A stretch of 63,518 bases of DNA, the filler included, from Squatina squatina (Eukaryota), in assembly GCA_031763465.1 (NCBI GenBank). It is 3 parts of 3 records of this genome, joined end to end, with 100 filler letters (N's around TTAATTAATTAA, not from the genome) between each part and the next. Parts side by side here need not be neighbours in the genome. Positions count along the whole stretch, not along the records: positions 40,118 to 63,518 come from JARFOE010000004.1; 2 more parts are not named here. One strand, given 5' to 3'. The notes beneath the pieces are model-generated. The model saw only the letters and a list, made by a program, of their open reading frames with translations, did not search any database and was not told the DNA's origin. The translations under genes and the position numbers were made by a program. This document shows positions 49,359 through 63,000 of this stretch, piece by piece (position 1 is the first letter of the stretch; every line of letters begins with the position of its first letter).

Positions 49359-50184
49359 AGGCGATAGGTGGCATTGTCGGCAGTGTAGATGAAAGCATAA
49401 AATTACAAAGGGATATTGATAGATTNNNNNNNNNNNNNNNNNNNNNNNNNNNNNNNNNNNNNNNNNNNNNNNNNNNNNNNNNNNNNNNNNNNNNNNNNNN
49501 NNNNNNNNNNNNNNNNNNNNNNNNNGGCCGCTGAATAATAGCGAGCGGAGCAGGCCTGGCACAGCAAGGTCCAATTTCTAGCCCTATTTGTGTGTAATGC
49601 TTTGTTTACCGTGTATAGTAAGTAAAAAGTTATGGCGCCCTCAGTCAGGCCGTTGGTTCCAGACTAAGATGTCATATGTGATATATTATATCTCATTAGT
49701 GTGAGGAAGTGGATGATGCTTGGAGTGGCAACAGCCAAGTAGCAAATTTCTGAGTCTGGTTTCTTCTAAAGCAATAGCATTGTAGCTTACTTTTATTAAT
49801 ATTTTTACATCAAATCAGCATGTGAATAGGCCATTAATTGGCAATCGTTGTGTAATTTACTACTGTTAGCTGCTTGGAAATAATTTTGCACCCATGAAGA
49901 CCTTTTTCTCTTCGTGAGTTTCAATAAAATTATGCTGTAAAAATGCTNNNNNNNNNNGGGGGATTTATCTTTCAGAATTGATTGTCGTTATAACATTGGG
50001 TCTTGAAATCTTACAGTAAATGTGATTTAGTTATGACTAGTTCTTAATAGGGTATCCTTGTATTTTTACATTTTCTGGCAATTTCTTCCATTTATGCACA
50101 TGCATATAGATTTCTAAATTTAGTATATACATACAAAATTAGATGGCTAAAGAGAATAATGGTTTTAAGCTTGTACAAGTCAAG

Positions 50185-50592
50185 TGTTAGCGTGACTCCG
50201 TTGATTGCACTATTGCCTCTGGATCAGAAGATTGCAGGTTCAAGACATAATCTAGGCTAATGCTTCAGCGCAGTCCTGGGAGAGAGTTACATTGTCTGGG
50301 TCAGAGGTTAAACCAGTGCCTTGTCTGCCAGCTCAGGTGAACAAAAAGTATCTCATGGCACTATTTGAAGAAGCCCAGCATTCTTCAGTCAATCCACCTC
50401 CACTATGAACAGATTATCTGATCATTCATTCATTTGCTGTTTGTGGATCCTTATTGTGTGCAAATTGACTGCAGTGTTTTGCCTCGATATCAACAATGAC
50501 TGCGCCTCAAATGTAATTAATTGCCTGTGAAATGCTTTGGGGCATCCTGAGGATATGATAAGGCACTAAACAAATGCATGTTCTGTCTTTCC
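50185..50592 (+). mobile_element. DeuSINE (SacSINE1-like)
   Basis: Colinear with the reverse complement of 24735-25147 (ttaaaccag..ctcaggtg..catggcactatttgaagaag..cagattatctgatcatt..tgctgtttgtgg). Confidence 0.8.
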
Positions 50593-53238
50593 TTCTAAAT
50601 GCTAAGGATTCGGTGCCTTATGATCACCTACCAGCTGTTTATTCATGTAAACTCTCAAAGCAACATTTAGTAAAACCCTGTGGCATCACCCACTGTTCAT
50701 AGGACTAAAGCGTGTAGTTTTATTTTTTGCAGATTATAACTCTGTTAATGAAGCTAAAAGCCAGTTAGGAATCTTCCAAAATAGTAGTAAACCACAAAAT
50801 TTAGAGGACATATAAATACCATACCTAGAATAACCCACTCCTCGCTTAGTGATAAACATTCCTGATTCATCTTAATGTTTATATTGTTGCCAGGGACAAG
50901 CAGTGCCTAAGGCTTGGGATTTGTAACTTAAATATACTGTTTGTTTTAGTGTGGTAACTGTTTTGTAAATAGAAGATCGAGATCATACAATTTTACAGAT
51001 TAATGCTTTGCTCCTATTGTTCTGTTTAGAACTTAACAAAATATTGTTTATGTTTGTTTATCATGTATCACATTATAAAATAATCTGCAACGGCCATGAT
51101 GGAAGTCATTTGAATGAATGCAGAATGCAATCAGATCTCAAATAGAAAAACATAGCAAAAAGTAATGGAACATACCTTCTGGGAAGTTGTTAAAATGCAG
51201 TTCATCTAGTTTCCAAGTATGTGTTTCTGCATAATGTACTAAAAGCAAGTGTTGGGGTGATGGGCTATAACTGAATGCTACACTGTTTACTTGTGTCTGT
51301 TGACTTGTTAATTGAATTTTGACATCAAAGTGTTATAGACTGATGCTGGCTCCAGTTGTTTTCATTGAGGACTCCAGGAGACCTGTTTAACAGGAATTCT
51401 GTGNNNNNNNNNNNNNNNNNNNNNNNNNNNNNNNNNNNNNNNNNNNNNNNNNNNNNNNNNNNNNNNNNNNNNNNNNNNNNNNNNNNNNNNNNNNNNNNNN
51501 NNNCTGCTCATTTCAGTCTGAGTTATTTCTGTAATTTATAATTTTACACTGAAATGTTCACCACCCTGTCTGAAAACTATTCCCATTGAAGACAGTAGTT
51601 CGTGTCATGATTCAATCAACTCCAGAAGGAATGGCCTCGCCACCAGAGCACAGTGTAACTCATAAATGTTCGCAGCTGCTTGTTGACCAAAAGATTCTCT
51701 TCCTTGTCAAAATTATTCAGCATTTCAAACTTGTCTTCATTCATATCAAAACCTTTCTACCTTTGCCAAGGCATGAAAGTCAGCTGCAGTACTAAACTTT
51801 GCAACTCGTTCAATAGTTATAAACAGTCTTTGAATGTGTAAAGAAATATTACACTTCAATGAAACAGCATGTGTCATGAATGCACAATAGATCAGTAAAA
51901 CAGAGTGTCGATATAAATACAGATGTGTTACACTTCAGTAAAACAGAACTATTATATCTACACAGGGGTGTTATACTTCAGTTAACCGTGCATTATGAAC
52001 ACAAGAGTGCTATATCTCAGTAAAAGACAGTGCCGCAGATATTTGATGGCACCAAGTTCATTTTTCAGGCGTAAAACAGGCGCCTAAGCATCCAATATGG
52101 CGAGTGGGGCGTGCTAGCTCATTGTGCAGCAGAAGTGCACCACCCACCATATTGGTGAAGGCAGAAAAAGAGATGTCCAGGGCTGACGCCTGAAGCAGGC
52201 ATTATCCCCTTTGCTAATGCAAATAGGGGGCCTAATGCCTGTTTGAGACCTCCATTACCTGGGCCAGCTGAGTTCAGGAAAGCGCGTTCTACATGCAGCC
52301 TAACCAGCAGTCCTTAAAGCAACCGCTGGATGCCGCCGCTAAATAGTTAAATTTAACAAAAAACTTAACCCAAGTTGGAGTCAGGAGGGCTTCTCCCGGC
52401 TCCACTGTAGTACTGAAGTCTGTTGCCGGCCCCCGGTCAGCCTCCTCCCTCCCTCCCACTCAGTCAGTTCCCTCCCTCCCATTTACCGTCTTCCTTTCCC
52501 AGCCGTCCTCNNNNNNNNNNNNNNNNNNNNNNNNNNNNNNNNNNNNNNNNNNNNNNNNNNNNNNNNNNNNNNNNNNNNNNNNNNNNNNNNNNNNNNNNNN
52601 NNNNNNNNNNCTGTTTAATAATATATGAAAACTGAATCTGCTCCGAATGATTCATGCCTTGCTAATATTAAAAGGACTGTATTCAGACTGAGCTGATTTC
52701 AGATAATTGAAGTGCTGAAAGCATCTATTTTGGTATGGTTCAGTGAGACCTCTTGGCTCTATATATTAGTTGCATTTTTCTCCCATCACAGATTATCAGC
52801 ATTGGTCTCTTCAAGCTATTGAAGGTCAGTAATTGCAGTAATTAGTCTGTTCTAAGTCGGATTTTAAGTCACCTGCCTTAAATTCCTTGAAGATCAAGTT
52901 AATTTCACATCTTACTGCAGGACTTGTTTTTTTCTGGCACAGAAAGCCGCAAAAGTTCAGCCAGTGGCGAAGGAAGTAAGAGTCTCCAAGTAAAATGTTC
53001 AGCTTATGTCGACAGTGTGGATAATAGTAAAATGTGGTATACTGTATATATCCAGCTTTATTACACTTTGACCTGAACTGTTTAAAATTTCCATTATGGT
53101 AACAGCCCTAGCTTAGGTAAAATAAGATGTACAATGGAACTATAAAGCTGTTGCCACCACAGTTACGAAAGAATTATATTTACCAGGTTTGGCCAAGAAA
53201 ATTTAGCTTTTGCAATTGATAAATAGATTCAGACACCA

Positions 53239-53526
53239 AGGGCCAAGTTTAATTTCCCAGATGGGAACATGGCCTAGCAAGCGGCTAGCCTGACCAATTT
53301 TAATGGCCAGCTCTGATTACCATTCTGCAGGATGGACTCCAGGCCGATAACATAATCAGGTCCTTATCTGCAAATTTAACCAGGGATCACGCCGGCTTCA
53401 TATGGGATGTCCTTGGCATCTGTATATTAAAGTTGCAGTCGGCAGGTTTGGAGCAGAAGGCCAGCGGATAAGTCTGCCACTCCATTTCAACTGCCGGGTT
53501 TGGGGGTGGGGGTTAAAATTCCCCCC
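53239..53526. mobile_element. Degenerate MITE-like element
   Basis: Ends agggccaagtttaa and ttaaaattcccccc. Confidence 0.4.
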
Positions 53527-54530
53527 TTATTGCCTGGATGAATCAAGAATGCCTACATGCACAATGTTTTTCAGATTTTAGAGCGATTCTACTACTTAAC
53601 TTAAAAGTAAATCTGGTACAGTAGCTTGGTGGTAGTTACTGTTAGAAAAAATATAACTTGATCTAAAGTTCTCTGCACTTTATTCTTNNNNNNNNNNNNN
53701 NNNNNNNNNNNNNNNNNNNNNNNNNNNNNNNNNNNNNNNNNNNNNNNNNNNNNNNNNNNNNNNNNNNNNNNNNNNNNNNNNNNNNNNTGTAAGTTAACCC
53801 GGTTTCAATCCTGTGTTTACTGTATGAAAAGGAAAGATGCTAATAATGTGATCCATTATAGACAAAAATGCTTTAATTTCTATTACAATTGTTTCATTTT
53901 TGAGTCCCACTAAGATTTATTGATTTTTTTTTAACTGGAATCAAAAGTTAATTTCAGGCTCCAGCTTGTACAGATACTATGGATGAGGACTTGATGACAC
54001 ACACACATTCATGGCTACATGTCCACATCATATCTGAAGCAAGCATTAAAAGTGACATTGAAATTTTTTTTGAACACACAGGCAATTGATACAAACTTGC
54101 TCAATAGTGCTTATTGCAGTCCGAGGGATAAAAATTTGTTTAGGCCCAGAAACAGGCGCACAGAGGTGCAGAGAACAATCCCTGCGCCTAACTGGATATA
54201 CCCTAGGCGCACCTAATATTGGGTAAGGGCCTTATCATCATCGAACTGGCAAGCTACGGACACCTAATGGGCGTCCCCAGGCAGCTTGCCAGAGGAGGTT
54301 GCGATTGGAGACGGGTGAACGGTTTTAATGTGGGGTCGGCACATTTAATTCAGGAACCATGTTGATTATAGGAGCATTAATTTGGTAATATGTCCACCAA
54401 CAAATTATCCAGAATGGAGTCTGGATTGGTATCAGCACAAACCTGAGTCCAAGTTAGTAAAGAATTACAACTAGCTAAATCTGTTTGAAATGTTTGCTAA
54501 TGATTAATTTTTTTTTGTGCCCTTTTTCAG

Positions 54531-54628
54531 AGAAGACTTTGAAGAAATATTTGATATCATAATCACAAATGCTTTGAAGCCAGGTTTCTTTATACAAATA
54601 CCACAACAAAGACCCTTTCGAACTCTTG
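54531..54628 (+). CDS. NT5DC1: 5'-nucleotidase domain-containing 1, internal exon
   Basis: Acceptor ccctttttcag|, 98 nt EDFEEIFDIIITNALKPGFFIQIPQQRPFRTL, donor |gtaagt. Not in the ORF track. Confidence 0.92.
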
Positions 54629-56653
54629 GTAAGTCCTAAAATCCTCTGAAATTAATTAAATATCTTAAATAAAACCATACTGAGGAAATGACTTAATTGG
54701 ATTGCTGCTAATTCAAACCTAGTGTGGAGGGCACAGGGATTGTGGACTGCTGATCATGTTTGTGAATTCTATCAGTTCTCACTGCCTCTTTCAATGCAAT
54801 CCAGAATACTTGTCTGTAAATAAAGCTATTTTAGGGCTTTATTTAAGGTTTTTTAGCCAAACCAAGCTGTGTCAGACAGGCATATGTAAGCCGGACCCTG
54901 TGACCGGAGGGGCTGCAACATAGCTGATGAACATAAGCTGCTTTCCAGTGTGTCTGCGAAATGGAATGCCACGAATACCAGTAAAGCTGAACGACGTGCT
55001 TCTATATCAACAGCTGCAGTCTAGCCGACTTTTAGAGACCAACAATTCCGCTAAATTACATGGCAGCATTTTTTTCTTTCATTGTGAGAAATGAAATGAC
55101 TATGCGTTCATTGGTATAAAGAAGTTAAATCCACTCCCCTGCTTATCAAGATGTAATTGGTCAAGGTGTGTCTTAGTGGAAAGCAGTTGTGTCACATTTA
55201 GGGACTTGTATGTGAAACAATATTAGTTAAACCAGAATTTTTTTTGGCTAATGATTTGATTTATTTTCCTCCCCTCCCCCCTCGATCCGAAAGGCTTATC
55301 ATCCCACACACCATTTCCTAGCAGAAGACAGGCAACCTATTCTTGGGCATGATCAAGAAATTGCATATGAAATGCAAAGAAGCCTTACTGTGTCTTGAGC
55401 TTTCCTGTTGGATTTAACCATTACTGGAGGCTTCCTTCTACAGGGACATAGGCTTTTACTTGGTCATTTTGGGGCTGTTTCCTAGCTTCGAGGGCATGCC
55501 AAACTCATTCCCAGCTTTGCTATTTTTAATTTTATTCCTGTGGGAGGGCATTCGGTTTTGTATGGCTTTCCATGGTTAGAACATTTGGGTCAGCAATAAG
55601 CTGCACACGTACAGGTCCAATCCAGCTGCACCAGAGCACCTCATGATATTGGCAAGGAATCCTCTTTGTTCTGAGCATCCTGACATTTTGTGAACCACAC
55701 CAATAGGTTGGCTGATTCGGGTGCAGGGTTGGGTCTAATGTTGAATCTGAGGACACGGGAGATGACTTTCACTTTATATGGATACCAGGCAGGTGGCAAN
55801 NNNNNNNNNNNNNNNNNNNNNNNNNNNNNNNNNNNNNNNNNNNNNNNNNNNNNNNNNNNNNNNNNNNNNNNNNNNNNNNNNNNNNNNNNNNNNNNNNNNA
55901 AACCCCTTGTGTGAACTAGATACTATAATCTTACAGGTGGCTCCATGTGCACTTCTTCAATTGCTCTGAAAGGCAGACTTTAGTGAGACAAGGCCAAGTA
56001 AGAATTGTATCATGTGACTAGCTATTGGACATTAAAGGTAAACTCCAGGTGGTTCCTGCTCGCGGGAAAGAATGGCGGCGCTGAATCCCTGAGAGTATTA
56101 AGCACAGACAGATGTGTGTCTGACTAGCAGTTTGTCCTGAAATGACACAGTGGGCTACTGGTGTCCAAACACTTAATACATTCGTCCAAGATTCCTTCAT
56201 CTAGTGAAGTTGTTAACCCATTTGTTTTGAATGGGTAAATGGCCCCACTAAAACAGCATGAAGCAAAATTTCAGATACAAGCATTTGTATCCACGGTACA
56301 TTCAACACTTAAAGATGGAACTCATTCCCATTTGCCACTGCCTGATAGTCAATGGGTTGCAGTTTTCTAAGAGTACCCAGGTCTCAAGGGTAGGAAAAGT
56401 TAGTAACCCAACTCATTCCACCAGGTACATCATCTGTTAAGCAAGTGGAATACAGTGCTGGAGGTCAGAATCCCTGGTTGTAATGCTCAGGGAGCTACAT
56501 CTCTGCAGTGGACATTGTGTGTGTAGTGAAGAGGGAGAATGGGGCAGAATGCAAAAAAGAAAGGCAGCTAGATCAGCTAAACGGTGCTAATATTTTTCCA
56601 ACACAGATACTTAAGTAAAATCTTCTTGATGAACTCTTCTAATTTATTCACAG

Positions 56654-56772
56654 TTAATGATGAAGAAAGGGAGCCACTTCCCTCATTAGAGCAAGCTGGC
56701 TGGTACTCACAAGGTAACTGGAGCCATCTTAATGAACTACTGAAAAAGATAACTGGAAAACCAGAGCCAAAG
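56654..56772 (+). CDS. NT5DC1: NT5DC1, next internal exon
   Basis: Acceptor ttattcacag|, 119 nt (V)NDEEREPLPSLEQAGWYSQGNWSHLNELLKKITGKPEPK, donor |gtacgc; splices in frame with the previous exon. Confidence 0.92.
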
Positions 56773-57883
56773 GTACGCTGAGAGTTTATAGTATATAAGT
56801 TATTAAGTTATACTAATACAAGTAAAATATTCACTGCAGCCTTTTTTACTCCTGGATATTTCTTAACCTTTCCAAGATATTCTTCACAGGAGATAAAATT
56901 CCAGGGTGTAAGTACAAAAGCAAGATGACTAGTTGACATCTTAAAATTTCACTAAAAATAGATAAGAACTGTGGAAAAATCTGGATATTGTCCTGACAAG
57001 ATTTACAATTCTGCTGCTAATCATTGTCTGTCTGCAAGTACATGAATCCATTCTGATTTTCTGTCTGTTCTATTTGTTTTGATATATCAGTAGTTTTGTT
57101 ATAAAATAAATTAGTGTTCCTTTTTCAGGGCTGCTCATCGCAACTGGAAAAGAGAGGTGTGTGTGAGGCGATTTTAAATGTATTTTTATTGCTTGCTGAT
57201 CTCCTATGATGTTGCTCATGGGTTATTCAAGATCCAGAGTGGGGTTGTGATCTTTTATCATTCTACCATTCTAAGTCAAGGAGTATAAAATTAAAAAGAA
57301 TTAAAACCATGTTATAGCAAGAGAAATAGAGGTTTGTTGAGGCTTTGTTTTTGTTGACTATTAACTTCAAAGCAAACTCGGATAACCCACGAGAGCAGAG
57401 AAAATGTTTTTTTCAGTGGTTAGAGAATTGCATTTCTTACCCAGAATACTCAACACGATTCCACAAGAAAAATTGATATTAGCAGGTTAAACACTACCTG
57501 TTAGGAAAATAAACACTGCCTCCTTTACTATGTGTCTCATCTATTTAATAGTGCCAGGGGCACACACAACGGTGATGGCAACTGTTCTGAAAGAATTTTC
57601 CATCATTTGGAATCTTTACCGTATATTTAAAATATGCAAACCTTCTCCACAGAGGCAAGTTTTCTGAGGGTGAAGACTGAAAGCACAAATTATTTCTAAA
57701 TCAGCTGGGGATTCCAAGGCTGGTTTAGATCTCTAGATCCATTCTTAGCCTAATCTGAGACTAGGATGCTCCAATGAATTGGGTGGGTTGCTCCATTCGA
57801 TTTCTAGTTGTGTCGTTGACAGGGTAACTGGAAGGGGAAGAGAAACACATACAACTGGGTCTTGATCATGAGTGATTTATTCT

Positions 57884-58094
57884 GGGGGCGAAATTTGGTA
57901 ACTCTCGCAAGGCGGGACTTCCTGCACCCAGCGCAGAAGTCCCGCCCCGTGACCTAAATTTGGGTCACCGTCCCTGAGAGGAAGTGGGACGCAATGTCCG
58001 GTGCTCCACTTCCTCTTGGGGAGGGATCGAGCCCTTTTAGCGCCCCCCACTGGAGGCACTAATGGGAGGTGCACAACAAGGGAATTTCGCACCC
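57884..58094 (+). mobile_element. Complete 211-bp MITE (Harbinger-like)
   Basis: TIRs gggggcgaaatt / aatttcgcaccc, flanks tct / act, three internal hairpins. Confidence 0.8.
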
Positions 58095-58451
58095 ACTGAA
58101 TGTATCAGTACTTTGACTGAATACTTATCCAAGCTTTGTACAATCAGTACAATTATCATAGATAAAGCAACACCAAACTTATTTGTTTACTTCGAATTGA
58201 AATAGATCATTTTAGTGGGTAAGGTTTTTGGTATGATGCCTGCTCAGACTGAGATCCGACTTGCCTTCAGTATTTAACAGGATGTAATAGTTCAGTAAAC
58301 TTCAATTGGTAGCCAGATAAGTTTGTGTTGCAGCCAGAAGTCTCTTATCACCATAGTATGAGTCACACAGTACAATAACAGTGCATAGTGAGTCAGCTGG
58401 TACATTGACAGTGCAGCATATACTGAGTACTGAAAGATATATATTTGTTCT

Positions 58452-59045
58452 TCAGAAATAATTGCCCAATCCTAGTTGTTCTGAGAAAGTGGGGCCACTC
58501 CTTAAACCGCTGCAGTCCTTGTGATCATGGTGCTCTTTCGGTGGTATTAGGTAGGGAATTCCAGGATTGTTTATGACTTGAAGGGTAACTTGGAGCTGAT
58601 GGTGTTCCCACGACATTGCTGCTCTTGCTCTTGCTCTTCTTGGTGGTAGAGGTTGCAGGGGAGGGAGGTGCTGTCGCAGTAACCTTGGCGAGTTGCTGCA
58701 GTGAATCCTGCCAATTGTGACATGCTGCAACCACAGTGGATATTGAGTCCAGTGGCAGAAACACCAGTCAAATGAATTGTTGTGTCCTGAATGGTGTAGA
58801 GTGTTGTGGGGGTCCATCCAGGTAAATGGTGACAATTCCATCGCACTCCCGACTTGAACTTTGTAGATGGTGGGGAGGCTTTGAAGGATCAGGAAATGAG
58901 CCACTCATCTCAGAGTACCAGGCTCTGTCTGTTCTTGTAGCTACGGTGTTATTATGGCTGGTCCAGTTCAGCTTCTGGTCAGTGATGATCCCTAGGCTGT
59001 TGATGGTGGTAGACTCAGCAATGGTGGTACCATTGAAAGGGGATT
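58452..59045 (-). mobile_element. CR1-group LINE 3' part (older copy of the 8500-10478 family)
   Basis: QSLPTIYKVQVGSAMELSPFTWM; colinear with 8550-9170. Confidence 0.8.
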
Positions 59046-60732
59046 CTAACTCTCTCTACCTGGTAGTGCGGTTAAATTCGAGATTGTCATTCCTGCTTGC
59101 TTCCCACNNNNNNNNNNNNNNNNNNNNNNNNNNNNNNNNNNNNNNNNNNNNNNNNNNNNNNNNNNNNNNNNNNNNNNNNNNNNNNNNNNNNNNNNNNNNN
59201 NNNNNNNATGAAAACTTTCAAAGATGATCACATTGTTCTCCTGGCCAACAAACTTGCCTCAACTGATATTGTCAAAAACAGAATAACTGTTCATTCATTT
59301 CATTGCTGTTTTGTGAAACAATGCTGTGTACGTCATAGAGCTTACCATTCTTTTATTGTAAATATAACTAATATTGTGCTGCTTAATAATCCTGTTTAAT
59401 AGAAATGTTCTAATGCCTCTGGGCTTTTAGTCTTAGATAGCTACAGATCTGAAGGTCTGTGTTCAGGCTTGTGTAACCTCCCAGCATTCAGATTAGCTTT
59501 ACTTTGTACAATTTGGTTTAAGTAGTAAATTTAACACTAAAAATATGACGTGTTCAGTGTTTTATTTTAATGTTGAAACATGTTTTGTATCATTCTTTAG
59601 CAATCTAATCTTTCCTTTTTTACATTTACAGTACAAATGTCCTGCATTAAGTGAGACAGACTAGAAATAGTCTGAAAGTATGAGGTTTCCAACAATAATC
59701 TTGCAATCTCTAGTGGGATAGTAGGTAACTAAATCCAGACTTCAGTGGTGTTTTAAGCATTCAGTACTGTCTATGATGCAGCATGGCATTTACAAGGTGA
59801 AATCAATTTTGGCAAATTATGAGATGAATAGAGAAGATAAACCCAGTAATTTCTGCAATTTTTAATATAATAAATCTTCGACTACCTTGTCGCCTTTAGT
59901 GCCTACAGCCATGAATCAACTATTACTCGTAGTAAACAGTGATAAAACTAACATGTTGTTACAGGAGACTTTCAGCGTACATGTGGCAGTGCAGTCAATT
60001 CTTACTAAATAAAAAACCTGTTTCCCATATGTTACTCACTCATCAAGAATGTACAATGAAACATTAGCAATTTCTTGGATACATAATGGTAACAGAATTT
60101 GTTTGTACTATAAGATATTTTATGTTATCTTAATTTGTTGCTTTTTGCTAGATTGTTGGAATAAAAGAAGTGATGCTGTAGGTGACAGTTTGCAATTCCG
60201 GCACAGGCACTGTGGTCCAGATGGCCTCCTTCTGTGCTATATGATTCTATGAAGATGGCAGAGCCCTTGACTGAAACCCTCGAAGACTGACAAACTCAGT
60301 GGGCAGAGACTTCTTTTATAATTATATCACAGCCCAGAGGCAGTCTTTGTGTGGTACAAAGCTGCATGTTTTAAGTTTCCACGCTAGTCTGATAAAGAAA
60401 GACTGTGTAGTTTGAGATTAGTGAGAAAATGAATGATTAGAGACCATGTTTGAAAGGAAAGCAAGTTCCATCTTTGTTGTTTTCTATATCAAGGAGTATA
60501 GGAAAATGCATATATTGTTTCCTCATCTCGATTATGTAAATAAAATCCTGGTTCAAACCCTGCTGAGGTGAAAGAGAGAGAGAGACTTCGAAATTGGATA
60601 AGGCGGTGTCACGGGCCAGTGCTACTTGCCTGNNNNNNNNNNNNNNNNNNNNNNNNNNNNNNNNNNNNNNNNNNNNNNNNNNNNNNNNNNNNNNNNNNNN
60701 NNNNNNNNNNNNNNNNNNNNNNNNNNNNNNNN

Positions 60733-63000
60733 TGTCATTATCTTTTCTAATACAGTTTTCTTGTTTATGTTAATTTTAGTATGTTCCAGTCCTGGATTCA
60801 TTACTAATTTCCCTGGAATGTCAGATATATTATCCTCCTCCTCTACTGTGAAGACTAACACACAGTAATTATTCAACAAGACAGCCATTTCCTTATTCTC
60901 ATTTGCAATATTACCTGGGTCTGTTTTTAAAGGTTCCACATTACCCTTTTTCTTCCAATATAAGTTTTTGTGTTAATCTTGATATCCCTCAAAAGTTTCT
61001 TCTTTTTTGTTTTCCTTCGCTGTTCTTTGTATCTCTCCCAGCCCTCTGGATCTATACTATCCGCTGCACTTTTTGTATGCTCTTTCCCTTGGTTTTATGT
61101 TCTCTCTCACCTCCTTTGTTGACCAAGGCTGTTTTATTTGGTAAGTAGAGCCCTTGCCCCTTTTGGGGTATATGCTGGTGCTATATGAAGCTAAATTCTT
61201 TTATGAACATCCACTGTTCATCTGTAGTTTTACCCAATAACAGTTTTGCTGTCGTCCATTTCAGTCTCATCCTGTTAAGCTGGCCGGATCAAAATCAAGA
61301 ATCTTAATAACTGTGGTATGTTTCTCCTTCTCAAACCTAACATTGAATTTGATCATATTATGATCACTGTTAGTTAAATACTCCCTTACTGTTAGGTTAA
61401 TAGCTAAGTCTGGCTCTTTACTAAATCTGGTACGGCCTGCCCTCTTGTTGGTTCTAGAACATATTGCTCCATAAAATTGTCTTGAATGCGCTCGAGAAAT
61501 TCACTACCTTTCTGACTTGAGCTACTCTGCTCTTCCCAATCAGCTACAAGCCTCTCTAATCTCTGAATGAATACCTTCTGTTACTTCATTTCTGCTCAGG
61601 AGACCTGTAGACAACTCCCATTACAGTTTTAAGTCCACTCTACGTCCTCAATTCTAACAATAGAATTTCCGCTGATTGCTTTCGCTTACCTATATCCTCT
61701 CTTACTAAGGTAATAGTATCTTTAACCAAAAGACGATCTCTCCTCCTTTTCCAGTTCTCCTATCTAACCACCTTATACCATGAAATATTAAACTCCCAGT
61801 CGTGGCCAGCTTGCATGTCTCAGTAATGGCCACCATGTCATTGCTCTAAGCTGTATCAGAGCCTCTAATTTGCTCAATTTATTTCTTGCACTTTGTGCGT
61901 TAGTATATAAAACACTTATTTCGGCAAGAGACCCTAACCTGTCCTTATGCCCTAATGCATTCTTTCTCGCACCGTTTAACTGATCATGTTTTTTCATTTG
62001 TAATTCCTGTAACTAATTCAGATATTTTAGTATTTCCTTCACCTGGAGTATCTATATCACTGTTTGTGTCCTGAATTCCGCTCTTATCCCATTTTATTTT
62101 TCTTTAAAACTATTATTTTTACTATCGTTTCTGATTGATTCCCCATTTATTAGTTTAAATTCTCTTGTACCACGCTATTTATCCTTTCTGCTGGGATCCT
62201 GGTCCCAGGCCATTTCAGGTGCAACCCATCCCAGCAATACAGCACAGATGCTGCCTGACCTGCTGAGTTTTTCCAGCAATTTTTGTCTGTATTCCAGCAA
62301 TACAGCTCCCTGCTGCTCCCGTACTGGTGCCAGTGTCGCATGTAATGAAACCCCTCCTTCTCACATCACTCCTTGATCACGGGTTCACCTCCCTGATCTG
62401 TTTGTCCCTCTCCCAGTTAGCATGTGGCTCGGTTAATAATCCTGAGATTGCTACCCTTGAGGTCCCGCTTCCTAATTTAGCTCCTAACTCCTGATACACC
62501 CTCAGCAGAACCTCCTCCATTTTCTCCAGTTATTGGTCCCAATATAGACCACAACAACTGGATCTCGTCCCTTTGCAAATTCCTTTCCAGCTGCATAGAG
62601 ATATCTCCCCTCACAGCCCCCCCGTCCCTCACCCCAATCTTTGGACAGCCCTCTGCTTCACGGTGCCTAAGTCAGCATTGTGGCTCTCCGCCCCGCAGTC
62701 TTTCTCCATATCCTCACAAGTTGTATCGAGTATATTGTACCTGTTGGACAGGATCAGTGTCTGCGGGACCTCCTTCTTTATCTCCCCTTGGTTCCCCGCT
62801 ACCCTGCTGACTGACGGTCAGACTCGGCCCTTCCTGCTACCTGTGTTTTCCTTTTGAGGTGTGACTGCAGTCTGGAGAAAACAATCCAGAAATTCCTCCC
62901 TCTCCGTGTCGGAGTTTCTCTAACTCGCACTCCAGCTCAAGGACTCTGAGCTGAAGTGTCTCAAGGCAGAGATGTTTTCTGCCAATGTGGCAGAGAGCCA
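60733..63000 (-). mobile_element. CR1 LINE 5' half: ORF1 (leucine zipper, SGNH esterase) and APE endonuclease, degenerate
   Basis: LCLETLQLRVLELECELEKLR; HWHQY..ELYCWDGLHL; LYTNAQSARNKLSKLEAL; ENKEMAVLLNNYCVLVFT. Confidence 0.85.
62244..62293 (+). mobile_element. 50-bp Penelope-end fragment inserted in CR1 ORF1
   Basis: acagatgctgcctgacctgctgagtttttccagcaatttttgt matches 22667-22710; flanked by the 13-bp direct repeat ccagcaatacagc. Confidence 0.8.
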
